A stretch of 62,109 nucleotides of DNA, filler included, from Sphacelaria rigidula (GCA_964200075.2; 7 parts of 7 records of this genome joined end to end with filler, not necessarily neighbours in it); one strand, 5' to 3'. Numbered from the whole stretch's first letter, positions 24,766-37,164 are shown. Made by a program: numbers and translations. Notes: generated by a model not told the origin, from the sequence alone.

Positions 24766-24930
24766 ATGAAGGAGTTAGGGGTCTACGACCTAGACGCAGT
24801 TTATGGGCGGGCGCTTCCGGGTGGCCTCGACACCGATTGGGTGGCGGTCCAGGCCGCCAAATCGACGTTTATGGAGATTTGCCGAGTGCACCCGGCAGGT
24901 ATGCCCCGCCCACCACCGACGTTCTACCAG
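24766..24930 (+). CDS. PH-domain protein exon
   Basis: TACAG|MKELGVYDLDAVYG...PPPTFYQ|GTAAGT, 55 codons, consensus donor. Confidence 0.8.
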
Positions 24931-25796
24931 GTAAGTGATGTGGCGCTGTGATTAGTACGGCTAGTATGTGCATTATCTGACACTGTGCTGGTCGACGACA
25001 CCGAAAGGCAGAGGGCGAGGCGTGCTATTCAGAGCGTAGACATGTACTGCTGTGCCAAGTTCCTCTGAAGAAACTCATATGATGTCGGGGAAAATACAAG
25101 TATTTGACTTAGTGTAGCTGCTGGTGGTGAAGGCATGTCGCCCACCATTTTTTATAAGTGATTGTCGTGCGTCGACTGATCCCTGATTGTATAAGATACA
25201 TCCAGTCGTGGTCATTCTCCACGAGATTGACGTACCCAAGATGAACCAAACGGAAACGTTCGCTCGAGTAGAAGAAATATGGGAAAAACTATCAGATAGC
25301 ATACATCAACGGAGTAAGGCTGCCTCTTACGACAAAGAACGGTCACCGAAATATTGCTTCTTCCTCACCTTTTGTTGAGGGGTTTTGTCTTGGCGACGTT
25401 TTGGGCCGGTTCTAATGGTGCTTGGGTTTTCGTTGGTTGGATTTTCCAGCCGGGGACACTTGACAGGGTTATCTATTGTACCCCAAACATGGACTATCCC
25501 CACCGATTCGCATTGCTCCGAGCTTTCGAGAATGGCCTCCGAACAAAGATCCTACTGGACATGGAAAAATACGGTGTCTGTGGCAATTTCTGAATATTTC
25601 CACACCGTACTCACATTTTAGTTTAGAGGTATGACTGCGTCCTGCTTTGTGATGGCTTGTATCTACCCTTTTGTCCTCTCTGTGCTTGAGCTTGAACATT
25701 GACGAGGAGAGTTCAGCGCCGGTTCGTCACAGAAACGTAACTACGTGTATATGTTGTTTTGTATACCTCGCTTCGATGTGACTATGATTTGTTCAG

Positions 25797-26330
25797 GTTC
25801 TGAAGCAAACCCTGGAAACCTTCAGGGAGGGCGAAATAAACATGGCGAAGGCAACGGCCCCCACATGGCGCAGACCGCCTGTCCGTGTTCGTTCGTCGCT
25901 CTATGGACGGTCCAACGTGTTGGGGCAGCGGTCGAGGACCCGTGGAGGTTGGAACGGCCGGGTACCGCAAGACGCAACTCCGAGCACAGACGGTGTTACT
26001 GCTGCCGCTACTGCCGCTACTATTGATGATGACGATGTCGACGACGATGACTTGGACACTGATGTCGGTGGCGAGAAGTCGGATGCCCCTGCAGTCCCAA
26101 GTGCCCGTGCTACGTCTGATGATGATGACGATGACGATGACGATGACTTGGACACTGGTGTCGATGGCGAGAAGTCGGATGCCCATGCTATCCCAAGTGC
26201 CCGTGCTACGCCTGATGATGATGATGACGATGATGCTGAGAAATCCGACTGCGTGGTTTCGCTCCCTCCCGACCAGGCGTGTTTGTGTGTGTTTATCAAG
26301 AGCTTCCCCGACTTGATTCAGTATAGATGA
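25797..26330 (+). CDS. PH-domain protein exon with Asp-rich internal repeats (ends at the stop at 26330 or a GC donor after 26276)
   Basis: TTCAG|VLKQTLETFREGEINMAKAT...; frame stays open through about 2.5 copies of D(n)LDTxVxGEKSDAxAxPSARAT. Confidence 0.7.
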   Translation, partial: VLKQTLETFREGEINMAKATAPTWRRPPVRVRSSLYGRSNVLGQRSRTRGGWNGRVPQDATPSTDGVTAAATAATIDDDDVDDDDLDTDVGGEKSDAPAVPSARATSDDDDDDDDDDLDTGVDGEKSDAHAIPSARATPDDDDDDDAEKSDCVVSLPPDQACLCVFIKSFPDLIQYR

Positions 26331-26563
26331 TGAAAAGTAACAGGTCACACCCTCTGATTTCTAAGGCCCGAAGTTCTCGAGAGACGATTATCACGAACAT
26401 CTCAGGCATCCATTCATTCGGTGAACGGTACCGCTATAGTATTGGTAATTGCCGTTTTATCGACTGCTAATACGGTTCCGCCAATGTGTCAGGTAACAGC
26501 CGATTTTCGAAAATGGGGTTGAAAAATAAAATGAGGTTCAACTCAAAAGCCGTGCTTTCCCTG

Positions 26564-26663
26564 NNNNNNNNNNNNNNNNNNNNNNNNNNNNNNNNNNNNN
26601 NNNNNNNTTAATTAATTAANNNNNNNNNNNNNNNNNNNNNNNNNNNNNNNNNNNNNNNNNNNN
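26564..26663. other. Artificial contig linker
   Basis: Same 100-bp spacer. Confidence 0.98.
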
Positions 26664-26759
26664 ACACACACTCGACTACCAGTACCCGCACGTCCGCGTC
26701 ATTCTATCCGCACGTGTGCATGTTCACTCAGTGTACCTGTTCACATGAACATAGTCCAA

Positions 26760-29582
26760 CATACATATGTCGACGAGAACTTTGGGCTAAAGAAACTTTG
26801 AGCTTCAGTCGTTCGCTACTATGTTGATCATGTGGCTCGCTCGGGTTCTCGTTTGTCCATTGCTGGACCCGGCACTGCACTGTCTGCTGAGGCAGCAGGC
26901 ATCAGGTGCTTCGTTTGCAACAAAGTCGGACACTACCGGCGGGATTGCCCTACGAATTCTCAGGCGAAACGTGGAGGAAAGAAGGGAAAAGGGGGTATGT
27001 CACGCACGAATAATACCAACGGTAAAGAAAAGATGGCGAAGTGGTGTTTTTATCGCCGTTCCAAATCTCATAACGATGCTGACTGCCGCATTCAAAAAGA
27101 GAGCGTCGCTGCTGGCGTGGCGCACTACGCGCATATGGCGGCGTACCCTTCTAACGCAGTCATCGGTGCACCCACGCACCAGTCGCAACCAACGGCTGCT
27201 GCTACAGCAACAGGATACCCAGCTGCTGGTAGTTCAGAAGCTGTGGGTACAGCGGTCAGTGGCCCGACAGCTCAGAATGGAGGCCTCTCATTTTCTGCCA
27301 TGGCCCCGGCTACGATGTCTTTTTTCAATCAACCAGCTTCAACTCTCTCCCTGGGGAGACCGATTCAACCTGGAGTGCCATCCGCCGGGGACGGTCGGAC
27401 ATATGTAGCGATTGTGGAAGCCACGGAAAGTAGAAGGGTACATCCCACTATGGATGTAGCCTTGCTGGCTTCTGACACTCTACTCTCCCTACTGGTCGAC
27501 AGCGGGACAACCGACAATTTTCTTGACAACTTTTTGAATCCTGGCTTACTGAAGACTTTTCCCGACTACACAATTTTACCCAATCCCTTTCAAATAATTG
27601 CGGCCGGAGGACATGTGTTGAATGCTACAGCTTCAGTTACTGTCCTAGGAGCGGTGGTAGACCAACATGGAGTCTCTCACGAAGTACCTCTCCCATCTTA
27701 TGTAGTACCAGGTCTGGGGCGCCATTTGTTCTCCGTCAAGAACGCTGTTACAAGAGGAATCAACGTCGTGTTCGACCCGGCGAATCCACGCTTGGAGGTC
27801 GCGTCTTTTCAACTACCCCTGAAACAGTCACTCCATGACCACGGTCTATACACATTCATCATACGCGTAGATCGTGCGGCCGGCGCGGGTACAGGAAAGC
27901 AGGTGGCGTCAGCCGAAGGGGAAACAACAAATACAGTGGCGATGTTAACAACAGCGGACGCAGAATTGTGGCACTGGCGCCTCGGACACGTGTCTAGCAA
28001 GACGCTTCACACAATACGAGACATCGACGGGAATGGGGTGATTTTCACGGGGAATCTTTCTCCGTGCGACACGTGTGCGTTGAGCGAAAAGTAAACAACA
28101 GGCTCACCCCAAGACTACCGTGTACAAAGTATCTCGTCCGTACGAACTAATAATTGGTGATATAATGGGACCGATTACCCCAAAAGCAATTGGAGGATTT
28201 AAATGCATTAGCAAGTTGACGGACTTTCTGACGCGATCGAAGCACGTATATCTCACGCAGTTAGAGGGCGATGCTCTGAAGACATTCCAGACTTTCATCC
28301 AAACGGAAGTGATCCCATGTGGAGTCCGTGTCAGGCGACTCCGTGCTGACAAAGGAGGGGAGTACACAGGAAACGAGTTTCACACATATTGTTCGAACTC
28401 TGGAGTTCGCATTGAGTTTGATGCCACCAACACGCCTCAGCAAATTGGGATTTCCGAACGCGATGCAGGGACGCTGGCTGCTGTGATTCGATGCATGCTG
28501 GCGGACAGCCCCGGTTAGCTTTAAGGTCGGGCTACGGGGACGTACTGTACAGTCAACGATGGAAGCGGAACTGGTTGCCGGAGCACTTGCCATCGAGGAG
28601 GCGGTTTATTGCTCGAATATGATTATTTATATGGGATGTGGATCATCGTTCAACACTGTACCTATCTACCTAGAAAACACAGCAACTCTTCAAGTGATTG
28701 CCAACCGTATTTTCAGCGGAAGGACGAAACACATCGCTTTGGGTTTTTTCTTCATGAGGGAATTGGTGGAATCTGGGAAGATCACAGTTCATTACATTGA
28801 AACAGAGAATCAAATAGCTGACATTGGAACAAAGTTCCTTTCAACTAAGAGGTTCCGTTACATTATGAATCTCATCAAATATTTGATAAAAGAAAATTTC
28901 TCCGGTTCTGACTGGACTAACACCAATATGACTGTTCAAGCAATCAAGACCAAGGCAACGACGACGACGAAAGCACGACTGACACGGAGTGGATAACTTA
29001 CCGTAGCAGTAGTGTTATTAGTTTGAACAAGGAATGAATAGCTTATCGTAGCAGTAGTGTTACTAGTTTCAAGTTTGAATGTGTTTATTTGATATCTGTA
29101 GTTTCTTTGAAATTAGTGAGTCAAGGTTTGGTGTGTTCAATGTGAGTATACTGTTCGTTAACTTTTTAACATTATACTGATGTTATTAATCGAAGATGAT
29201 CGTGATAGAGTATGATATTTTCAAAATGCTATTTCCGTTGAGGGGGAGTGTCAAGAAATGATATATGTCTATTCATTTAGTAGTCAACGTTCAAGAGCAT
29301 TAAGGCGTGGTCATACAGTTGCACCCTGTCATTCGGACTGTTAGACACAGAATAGTCGGTGTGATTGGTTACAGTTCAACTTGTTGTAACCGTCAGAGTG
29401 ATGGTACTGTAGATATGCATAATAGACGGTCACCTCCTTGTTTTCTCTTCTCTCCACGTTCTTGGGAACCATCAATACAAGCTCCGTACTTTGTGTTTAC
29501 ATCCTTCTCCCGATCAGCTTAGCAGCTGTGGCGCCTGTCCCTGCGACACGTTCAGGGTACAACACACAGTTTAATCCTGACA
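26760..29582 (+). mobile_element. Ty1/copia LTR retrotransposon, internally deleted (no RT); 5' LTR not seen
   Basis: Zn knuckle CFVCNKVGHYRRDC; protease LLVDSGTT; LWHWRLGH...CDTC; integrase DIMGP, RADKGGEY, PQQIGISER; RNase H STMEAELVA, RTKHI, QIADIGTK; PPT TTGAGGGGGAG followed by an LTR. Confidence 0.96.
29249..29582 (+). repeat. 3' LTR (334 bp)
   Basis: Begins TGTCAAGA immediately after the PPT and ends TCCTGACA (inverted termini). Confidence 0.8.
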
Positions 29583-29829
29583 TTCTTGTTCACATAACAC
29601 ACTCGGATCAAACAGCAGTTCGGCTGCTAGCATCCTGGGTGTATAAAACAGTACACTTTTACTTTTACATGCCGTGCCAACATGTGTAAACCCGTATGGA
29701 TTTCGCCTGGCCAGCAATTTCGAGCAACGACGAGCTCCCACATGGGTGGTGCAATGCATTCTTCTTTTTTTAGCATGCTGTGCACATGCACCGCATCTCG
29801 CGCACATAATATCAGCTCTGTCTATCAGC

Positions 29830-32402
29830 CATCAAACATGGGTCATATGCGTTCTGCTGATCTGTAGCACAGAAATTTCACTTGTGTCCACAATCACTCT
29901 TCCGAAAATATCATGATCAGGTCAAGCGGCTAGTACTGCGCTACTCAGTCCTTGCTCCTACCATAACAACGAAGTCTTATCAACCAATCCAGTCAAGAAA
30001 CCGATGCCTCGCGAATCCTGCACCTCTCGGAATAATAACAACAAATTTTTCACTTAGATGTCGAGTTTCGGAACCCACCTCAAATTTGTGGTCTCAACCA
30101 TCATTCATCCGCATACCCCTCTGCGGAACGTTTTACCGACGTCACCCTCTAGTCCAGTCAGGCCATAGTGCCCTATGTGCCTGTACGCACCAAGGCGACG
30201 AACAAGGTTCCACCTCAACCAATCGAGTAAGGGTGCGGTGCCCCGCAGTCCTGCGCTCATCGGGATGGCAACAATGTTACACATGAGCGTTGAGTTTCGG
30301 TATCCATGTCAAAAAATGTCCTCAACACTCTTCACGCACCTCCATTGTGTGCAATTTCACCGACACCGTTCCACAGTCAAGTCAAGACGCGGTGCCCCGC
30401 TTTTCTCACACTTACGAAAACGGCAGACGATCTTCTATTCATCAATCGAGTCAAACAAGCGCGCAAATCAAGTCCGCACTCATCGAGACAGAAATATTCG
30501 TCGAACATCAACACTGAGTTTCGGTCTCCATATCAAAAATATGGTCTCAGCATCGTCCAGAGATGTTCAACATCTCGATCCACCTGGGCATCAACCTGTC
30601 CTTGGGTACATGAATCGTTATCTACATGATGGCCACGAACACTTAAAGCATAGAGCATCAAAGGGGTGTTTAAGTCATGCCTAGGTTTCATGCTATCATT
30701 TTCAAAAGGCTTGTCCGTCCGCTACTGAGCATACTGAAGAATCGCTATTACTCGACGGCCCTACTGCCATCGCTGTATCTTCGTCTTCTCCCGTAGCACA
30801 TTTCCGAAACGAATATCCCTTTTTTCCGCATCTCATGCAATGTCGTTCTGAACAGTCATGCGCGAAGTGTGTTATTTGCTCCCGGCAAATCCAACACCGC
30901 CTCTCCTTCACAGAACTATTTTCACGCCCGTTTATTTTTGAATCCCCCGTATTTCCCGAGGTCCCTTGTAATTTCCTCTCCCGACTTCCTTTGCAACTAT
31001 TACTGCTCTTTCCAACTGACATTAACGCTGGGCTTTCCTTCCCCTTGTTGTCTCTCACCATCCCGAACCTAGTCCTCAACACCCTCAACAACTCTTCTAG
31101 GTCCAAGCCTTTCTGCGAGAGGAGGTGTTGTTTCTAGTGATCATAATCAGCTGTGCGTCCATCCAGAAAACGCGCGACCACTAATCTCTTTGGTATCGGT
31201 TGTTCGAGAGCCGCTTCCAGTGACACAATAACGTTCTGACATTCCTGCCAATATTTGCGGGGGTCCTGGCCAGTTTCCTGTGCCATATGGAAAAATTTCC
31301 CAACCAACGAGATCTGTTCACCACCAGTCAACGGCGCATAATACTCTTTTCTAGCGCTCGCCACGTCACAGACCGTACTTTACAGGAGTAAACGGTTTGC
31401 TTCACATGCTTATCCTTTATCGAGCTCACCAGTCCCGCCCACAAGAGTCTGTACATCTGTATTTCCTTCGGTGCTAATCCCTGGTTAACCGAAGCCTCGT
31501 TTCTAGCATCGTGAACCTGAATATTTAGCGTGTCTCGTAAGGCGCTCATAAATTCTGCGGCACTGACTTGTGTCAGGAAATCATCACAAAACAACGGCCA
31601 ATTTCCCTCTTGACCGTCGAATTTTTCATCAACACGAAAATAACTCTTCACGCCAAGATGAGGGTAGGAAGCCGGGGACTCCTCGTTCGTACTTACTTGG
31701 GCTCATCAGTCGCCCGTGGATCCTTGGAGAGGGCCTGATACAATCCCGTCACCTTGTGGTGACCGGAACCTCCCTGTTCCGGCACCGGTGACGGTGTGCC
31801 TCCCATCGCCTGACTCCCCCTCCCCGTCCGCTGCCGCTCCGGAGCCAGTGAACGATGTCCCGCGCACTAACTTGGACACCATCATCGTCTTGAGCTCCGC
31901 CAGCTGCTCGGTGATATCCGCCATCGAGTCTTGCAAACTGGCTACATTTTCTTTGACCTCCAGCATTTCCGTTGGAGACGATGTGTCTCCCACGACGGCC
32001 GAGTGTCCCTCCGTGGTGCCCCAGTCTGCCATAGTTCACCTCGGCCACAAAGCTCCCAAGTTGGGTAGGGGCTCTAGAGTGTTTGTAGCTTCGTGACCCC
32101 GTGACAGGATGGGGTGCAGACTCGACTCAGATAGTCGATCAATGGACACGACTGTGATAGTCGATCAATGGGCACGGCTGACTGCCGATCAAGATGAGGT
32201 AGAACTTGGGTAGAAATGTATATAAAACTTTGTTGATAAGGAGGGAAGAAGGGAGAGTAACCCCAGTAGGGGTCAAGGTCTCAAGATGCGACAAGCACCA
32301 CTCACGTATGTCCAGTCACTAACATCACAATATAAAGTCATCCCGCGTAGTATCCGGAACTCAAACAGGTATGTCACTAGACTAGTGTACCCTATCCTGA
32401 CA
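29830..32402 (-). mobile_element. Second, decayed copia-like element: 5' LTR, frameshifted gag, possible protease remnant
   Basis: KFDGQEGNWPLF; YAPLTGGEQ..GQDP..FLDG..DY; knuckles CWICREQITHFAHDC and CMRCGKKGYSFRKC; VIVDT..THMT near 29850-29900. Confidence 0.8.
32102..32402 (-). repeat. 5' LTR candidate (301 bp)
   Basis: TGACAGGAT ... ATCCTGACA termini, about 70 bp upstream of the gag ATG at 32032. Confidence 0.65.
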
Positions 32403-32743
32403 AGGTGTATCTTATTGACTACCCCAGGCCATCCTACGAATACTCTAACGGCATTCATGATCATCGCCTCCGTGCACTTCTTTGGCCGGTTCGGAGGGGG
32501 GGTATCTCGGCAGCAGTCGATCCCCAAATTTCGGTACTCGGAATCCAAAAATTCATGGCGTGTAGTAGTTGTCAATAGCTACTAGAAGACAAAGGAATGG
32601 AACTATATCTCGAAGAATTGCACACGTCGGACGAGTCATTACTCGTCGAAACGAGTGCACTCGAGGATGTTTATTGAAGACACAACGAGCATGGTGCCTC
32701 GTGTGTTCGAGTCATTTCTTGTTTTTACAACGAGCAATGACTC

Positions 32744-33124
32744 CACACGCGGCCATTCGGCTACCCCCAAAAATACTCTGTTCCGGTCAAATTTTCGAGC
32801 CTTCAGAGGAATTGAACGCCTCCGGAGGGTGCGCGGCCCTCCAGAGGAATAGCATCAAACGCCTCCAGAGGCTTGTTTCGCCACTGGAGGGCCGCGCATC
32901 CCTCTCGAGGAATTTGGAGGATGCGCCGCCCCCCAGAGCACCATCTTTTCTGTTACTCTCGAGGGATTCAGACCTCAGAAGCCACTACAGCATCGGATGC
33001 CCTCGAGAGGATTCGTTTATGACCGCACCTGGGGATGAAATACCCCCTAGCGGGTATTTTGTCCTCGAGACGATGAAAATTGCGATAGAGGGTTTTTATG
33101 GGGATCGCCGAATGGCCGCGTGTG
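32744..33124. mobile_element. Nested CACAC-ended MITE (CMC-like, 2-bp TSD TC)
   Basis: TIR CACACGCGGCCATTCGGC; splits one GACTCG..TGCTCG monomer of the host array. Confidence 0.8.
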
Positions 33125-33230
33125 TCGCGTGCTCGGGTCGTTACTCTTTTCCACAACGAGCAGTGACTCGTGTGCTCGAGTCATTACTTTTCCCCACAAC
33201 GAGAAATAACGCGAGTGCTCGCCCTATTAA

Positions 33231-33823
33231 CCCTTTTGGGACCGACCCCCCACCAACACGGGGTTGACCATGTGTTAGTGGAACAATAAAAAATAAGTCA
33301 GGGAGCGACCTGCCCAATCACGGCGGGGGGAAATTCTGTTGAAAGCTCTCGACAGCGACACATACTGCTTGCTACATCAGGCGTGATGCTACGGTAGGAA
33401 TTCACAAATATTTTCTGAGGTTGGAATCTTTAGCAGCCCTTTATCTAATGAAAAGCACGACTTGTGAAAATATGTGAGAGTACGCCAGGATTACTACTCG
33501 AATCTGCTGGGGATATCCCGAATGAATTTGCAAACGGGGATGCCCTGATCCACATTCTTGTGCATCTAGAATCGTTAGGAGCCCCCGAACCAGACAAGAT
33601 TTCGCGCAAAAAGTGCACCGCTACCGTAGCATTGCTCTCAGATGTACATTACCTAATGCGCACCCTGTACCTGAAAATAGATTAGATGAAACTTTCAGTC
33701 TTCCTCATGACCCTGTGGTTACATACGCGGATTTTCAGCAACATGCCACTGTTTCGTGCAGACGCCAAACACGTCATTCCTAACCAGCCTCATTGGTCGT
33801 TCTGGAGTCCCGGTCCCAAAGGG
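33231..33823. mobile_element. Nested piggyBac-like MITE
   Basis: TTAA|CCCTTTTGGGACCG ... CGGTCCCAAAGGG(C)TTAA; a similar end lies at 18221-18237. Confidence 0.75.
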
Positions 33824-34369
33824 CTTAATTTTTTCCACAACGAGCATTGACTCGAGTGCTCGCCATATTAATATTTTCGCACCACGAGCAGTAACTCGAG
33901 TGCTCGCCCTATTAGTTTGCTTCCACAACGAGCATTGACTCGAGTTCTCGCCATATTCATATTTTCCCACAACGAGCAACAACTCGAGTGCTCACCCAAT
34001 TATTTTTTCCACCATGATGAGCAAGGACTCGAGTGCTCGCCCTATTAATTTTCACGGCCAACGAGCAGCCTAACGAGTGCGAGTGCCACGAGTCACACTC
34101 GTGCTCGTCCGACGTGTGAAGGATTGGTGTGGATTCGGTGGTTTAAAGGTATACAAATCTGATGGTTACTCTTTTTCGGATCATCAGAAGCGGGCTCACA
34201 TAAAGACCTCACGAAAAGTTGGCAGGAAGGCCTAAGCGAGTAAAAGGTTCTGACGTAGGCGACAGAATCATTAACAAAACATGAGCTAGGCGTTGACGTT
34301 CCACCGTCTGTTCGTATTGAATTGTTTGGTGTATTCGTTTTCACAGCTAGATAGTGGCGAACTATCAGC

Positions 34370-35385
34370 GTGGTTCCACGTCTGCCAGGGACTCAGACAA
34401 GGTTGCGTTTCGTCTCCGCTGTTTTCAACATCTTCGGAGCAGCAGGATTGGTGGAAGTGATCATTCAGCGGTTTGCTACGGACCCAGTCATCGTCTCAAA
34501 CTTGGTCTTTCTAGATGATGCGCCAAAAGGTGACGGTGGTGAACCCGTGGAAGAGACACCGCTGGAAAAGGTGTGACGCGCGGTGTGGGCAATGCTTTAT
34601 GCGGGCGACGCCGGCATAGCCTCGAAGATCGCAGAAGGCCTTGCTCGAATGATGGCCGTGATAGTGATGACCTTCCAGGAATTCGGCCTGGTGGTCTCCG
34701 AGAGCAAGACTGAGTCCATGCGCCTTTGGTCAATACCCAGTCTCACGGAGGCCGCCCTGGATGTCAAAGCTGCCGGTCAACGGTATAAGCAGCCGGGGAA
34801 GTCCATCTACCTTGGTGGAGCTATCAGCGCGGATGCGAAGATATCCATAGAAATCAACCGCCGATCAGCGCGGCGTGGGCGCGTATCCAAAAATATTGTT
34901 CCCAATTCTACGACCAACCCAACGCCGAGCTATCGTTGAAAGTTCGACTGCTAAAACCGGTGGTAAAAGCTCTGTTGTATGGATGTGCGACATGGACGCT
35001 ACGTTCTGAGGACTCCGACAGTCTGAGGACTGCCCATCACAAGCTCTTGCTGCGTGTGGTTGGATTCAGCAGGAAAGATCGAAATGGCTACAAGAGACTC
35101 TGTCGTATAGAGCGATGCTCGAGATGGCCAACTAACTGCGAACGTATCGAGACGATTATCCGCACACGCCTGCCTGAACGCATCATGAACGGTCGGCTTT
35201 CCACACGAGGACCCAAGGAGCCCGGCCGCCCCCCCGAGCAATGGGAGAATACCCTAAAGGAGAACCTACGTGCGCTAAGGGCTGTCCCGCATGAAGGAGT
35301 CCGATGGAAGTGGTTTGTCTACGGTGTAGAAGTTAACGATGCCTACGATTGGATCACTGCGGCGAAGAACATGGGCAAATTGCAT
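34370..35385 (+). mobile_element. RTE-like non-LTR retrotransposon, frameshifted 3' half of the RT
   Basis: WFHVCQGLRQGCV..P..FNIF; MLYAGD (decayed YADD); FGLVVSESKT; YLGGAIS; EINRR; KALLYGCATWT; LPERIMNGRL. Confidence 0.93.
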
Positions 35386-35450
35386 ATATCAGCCGATTTT
35401 ATATTTTGGGGTTCATACAAAATATGGGGTTGAAGTGGCATATCTCTCTT

Positions 35451-35550
35451 NNNNNNNNNNNNNNNNNNNNNNNNNNNNNNNNNNNNNNNNNNNNTTAATT
35501 AATTAANNNNNNNNNNNNNNNNNNNNNNNNNNNNNNNNNNNNNNNNNNNN
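35451..35550. other. Artificial contig linker
   Basis: Same 100-bp spacer. Confidence 0.98.
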
Positions 35551-35876
35551 CTCCGGGTTCTCATCCTCAATCAAAAGCACCATCCTCAACATAGATGATT
35601 GGCTGTTTTATGTACCATACATGACATTTCTGTGACTTTTGTGCAGCAAGACTTTCATACCGGTACCCAACAGTTTTCTAAACTCTGAACGATTTCCATA
35701 CCCTTACTACCCGATAGCTCTGTGAGTTCTGTAAGCCTCCGTTACCGTTACCGGGGGCACGGGTATCCTCTTGATAGAAGACCCGTTTGCGGGTACGATT
35801 TTTTTGTGCAACCTTCACACATACGCTTCCGACGGTTTCTGTGAGTTCTGTGGGTCTTCCATCCGCTTGACAGTTA

Positions 35877-37164
35877 CGAGCTGGGCCAGCCTAAACACGG
35901 ATTTAAGCTCACTAAGCCATATCTCAGCGACACAGACGAGTCGGACCGTGATCCGCATAATATCGTATTACTCGTCTATTCAAGGGGAAGGTGCCCATCC
36001 GCTCAAAAATCTAGGGCAATTTTTTTCTCGTTCATTAAACCCCATATCAAGTCATTCCTATACCCTACGGAGATAGCGTCCACACTAAAATCTACATGAA
36101 ACCCCGAACGATGCATTCAGGGAATGATGATGATTTTTGTGTGGACCTTGCCTGGAGCACGGGGAGACGATAGATACCCTCACCTTTACTTAACTCGTAA
36201 TCTATCTCGTTTGACCACGGAAGGCGTCCGCATCAGATGCCCAGTCCGAATGTACCGCGCAGATATCGAAACGGTTTTTGATGTGAAGACAACAACAAAC
36301 AACATCTTGAGATATTGCGCACATAATCCTCCATACTAAAATCGATATATTACGAGCAGAGGCACTAGATGCCCCAACTCTGGATATCGCGTCTCAGTTT
36401 TTGAGAGTTGTGCTATGAAATTTGGTATGGAGAACCGCTGGTGCCTAATGAAATAAAAAAACAGCTTTTTATTTTTTTCGTTTTTTTCGTTTTCTCTCGT
36501 GTTTGTAGGGGAGTTTTGAGGAGAAGTGAACATTGCTCTTGGGCCTTCTCTCAATTTTCTTACTCAATTTCCAAAATTGTGATTCGAAACGTAGCATGGA
36601 GAACGACAGAGGTATGCTGAAAAAAGAGGGCCTTCGTTTTTTTGAGGGGGGGAGAGGTTCGGTCGTTCTCGTAAAAAAGTGCTCGTTACCTTACTAAAAC
36701 GCCCTAAACCAGCGAAAAATGTAAATCAAAACCAACCTGATCCATTTTCTTGGTTCATCGTGACATAGCGAGGTCCTGCACAAAGTTTAAAAACAAAAAC
36801 ACCAAACGTGGGCCGGTAAACGGCCTGCAAAATACTGTTCCGGATTTCCACCGGCCCGGTTTTTGAAAGGCGATTTCGCAATTTTTTACTTAGAGTTGGA
36901 AACTGAAATTTGGTATGGACAGTCAACAGGGCATAAAAAAAAAATGTGCCGGGTCCCAAAGTGTTTTTTTCATGAGTTAAGGGCACTGACCATTTTAAAG
37001 GTTTTAGTCAAATGCCCTTGAATCACCAAAAAAAACTTTGGGATCCGGCACAAAAAAATCATGCCCTGTTCATCGTCCATACCGATTTTCACTGTTCAAC
37101 TCTAAGTAGAAAATTGCGAATTCACCTGCAAACTACGAATTCGCTCTTAGGCTGGCCCAGCTCG
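35877..37164. mobile_element. Tc1/mariner-type non-autonomous element, both ends intact
   Basis: TA|CGAGCTGGGCCAGCCTAA ... TTAGGCTGGCCCAGCTCG|TA; internal hairpin at about 36870-37120. Confidence 0.92.
36208..36303 (+). mobile_element. 96-bp LINE 3'-end insertion with (CAA)n tail and ATCT TSD
   Basis: Homologous to 540-622 (minus strand); absent from the paralogous site at about 41245-41265. Confidence 0.85.

Larger units (their letters stand above)
32621..34118. mobile_element. hAT-like non-autonomous element with 44-bp internal repeats and two nested MITEs
   Basis: Perfect TIR CACACGTCGGACGAG; 8-bp TSD AAGAATTG/AAGGATTG; inserted in a copy of the 1849-2291 arm. Confidence 0.85.
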
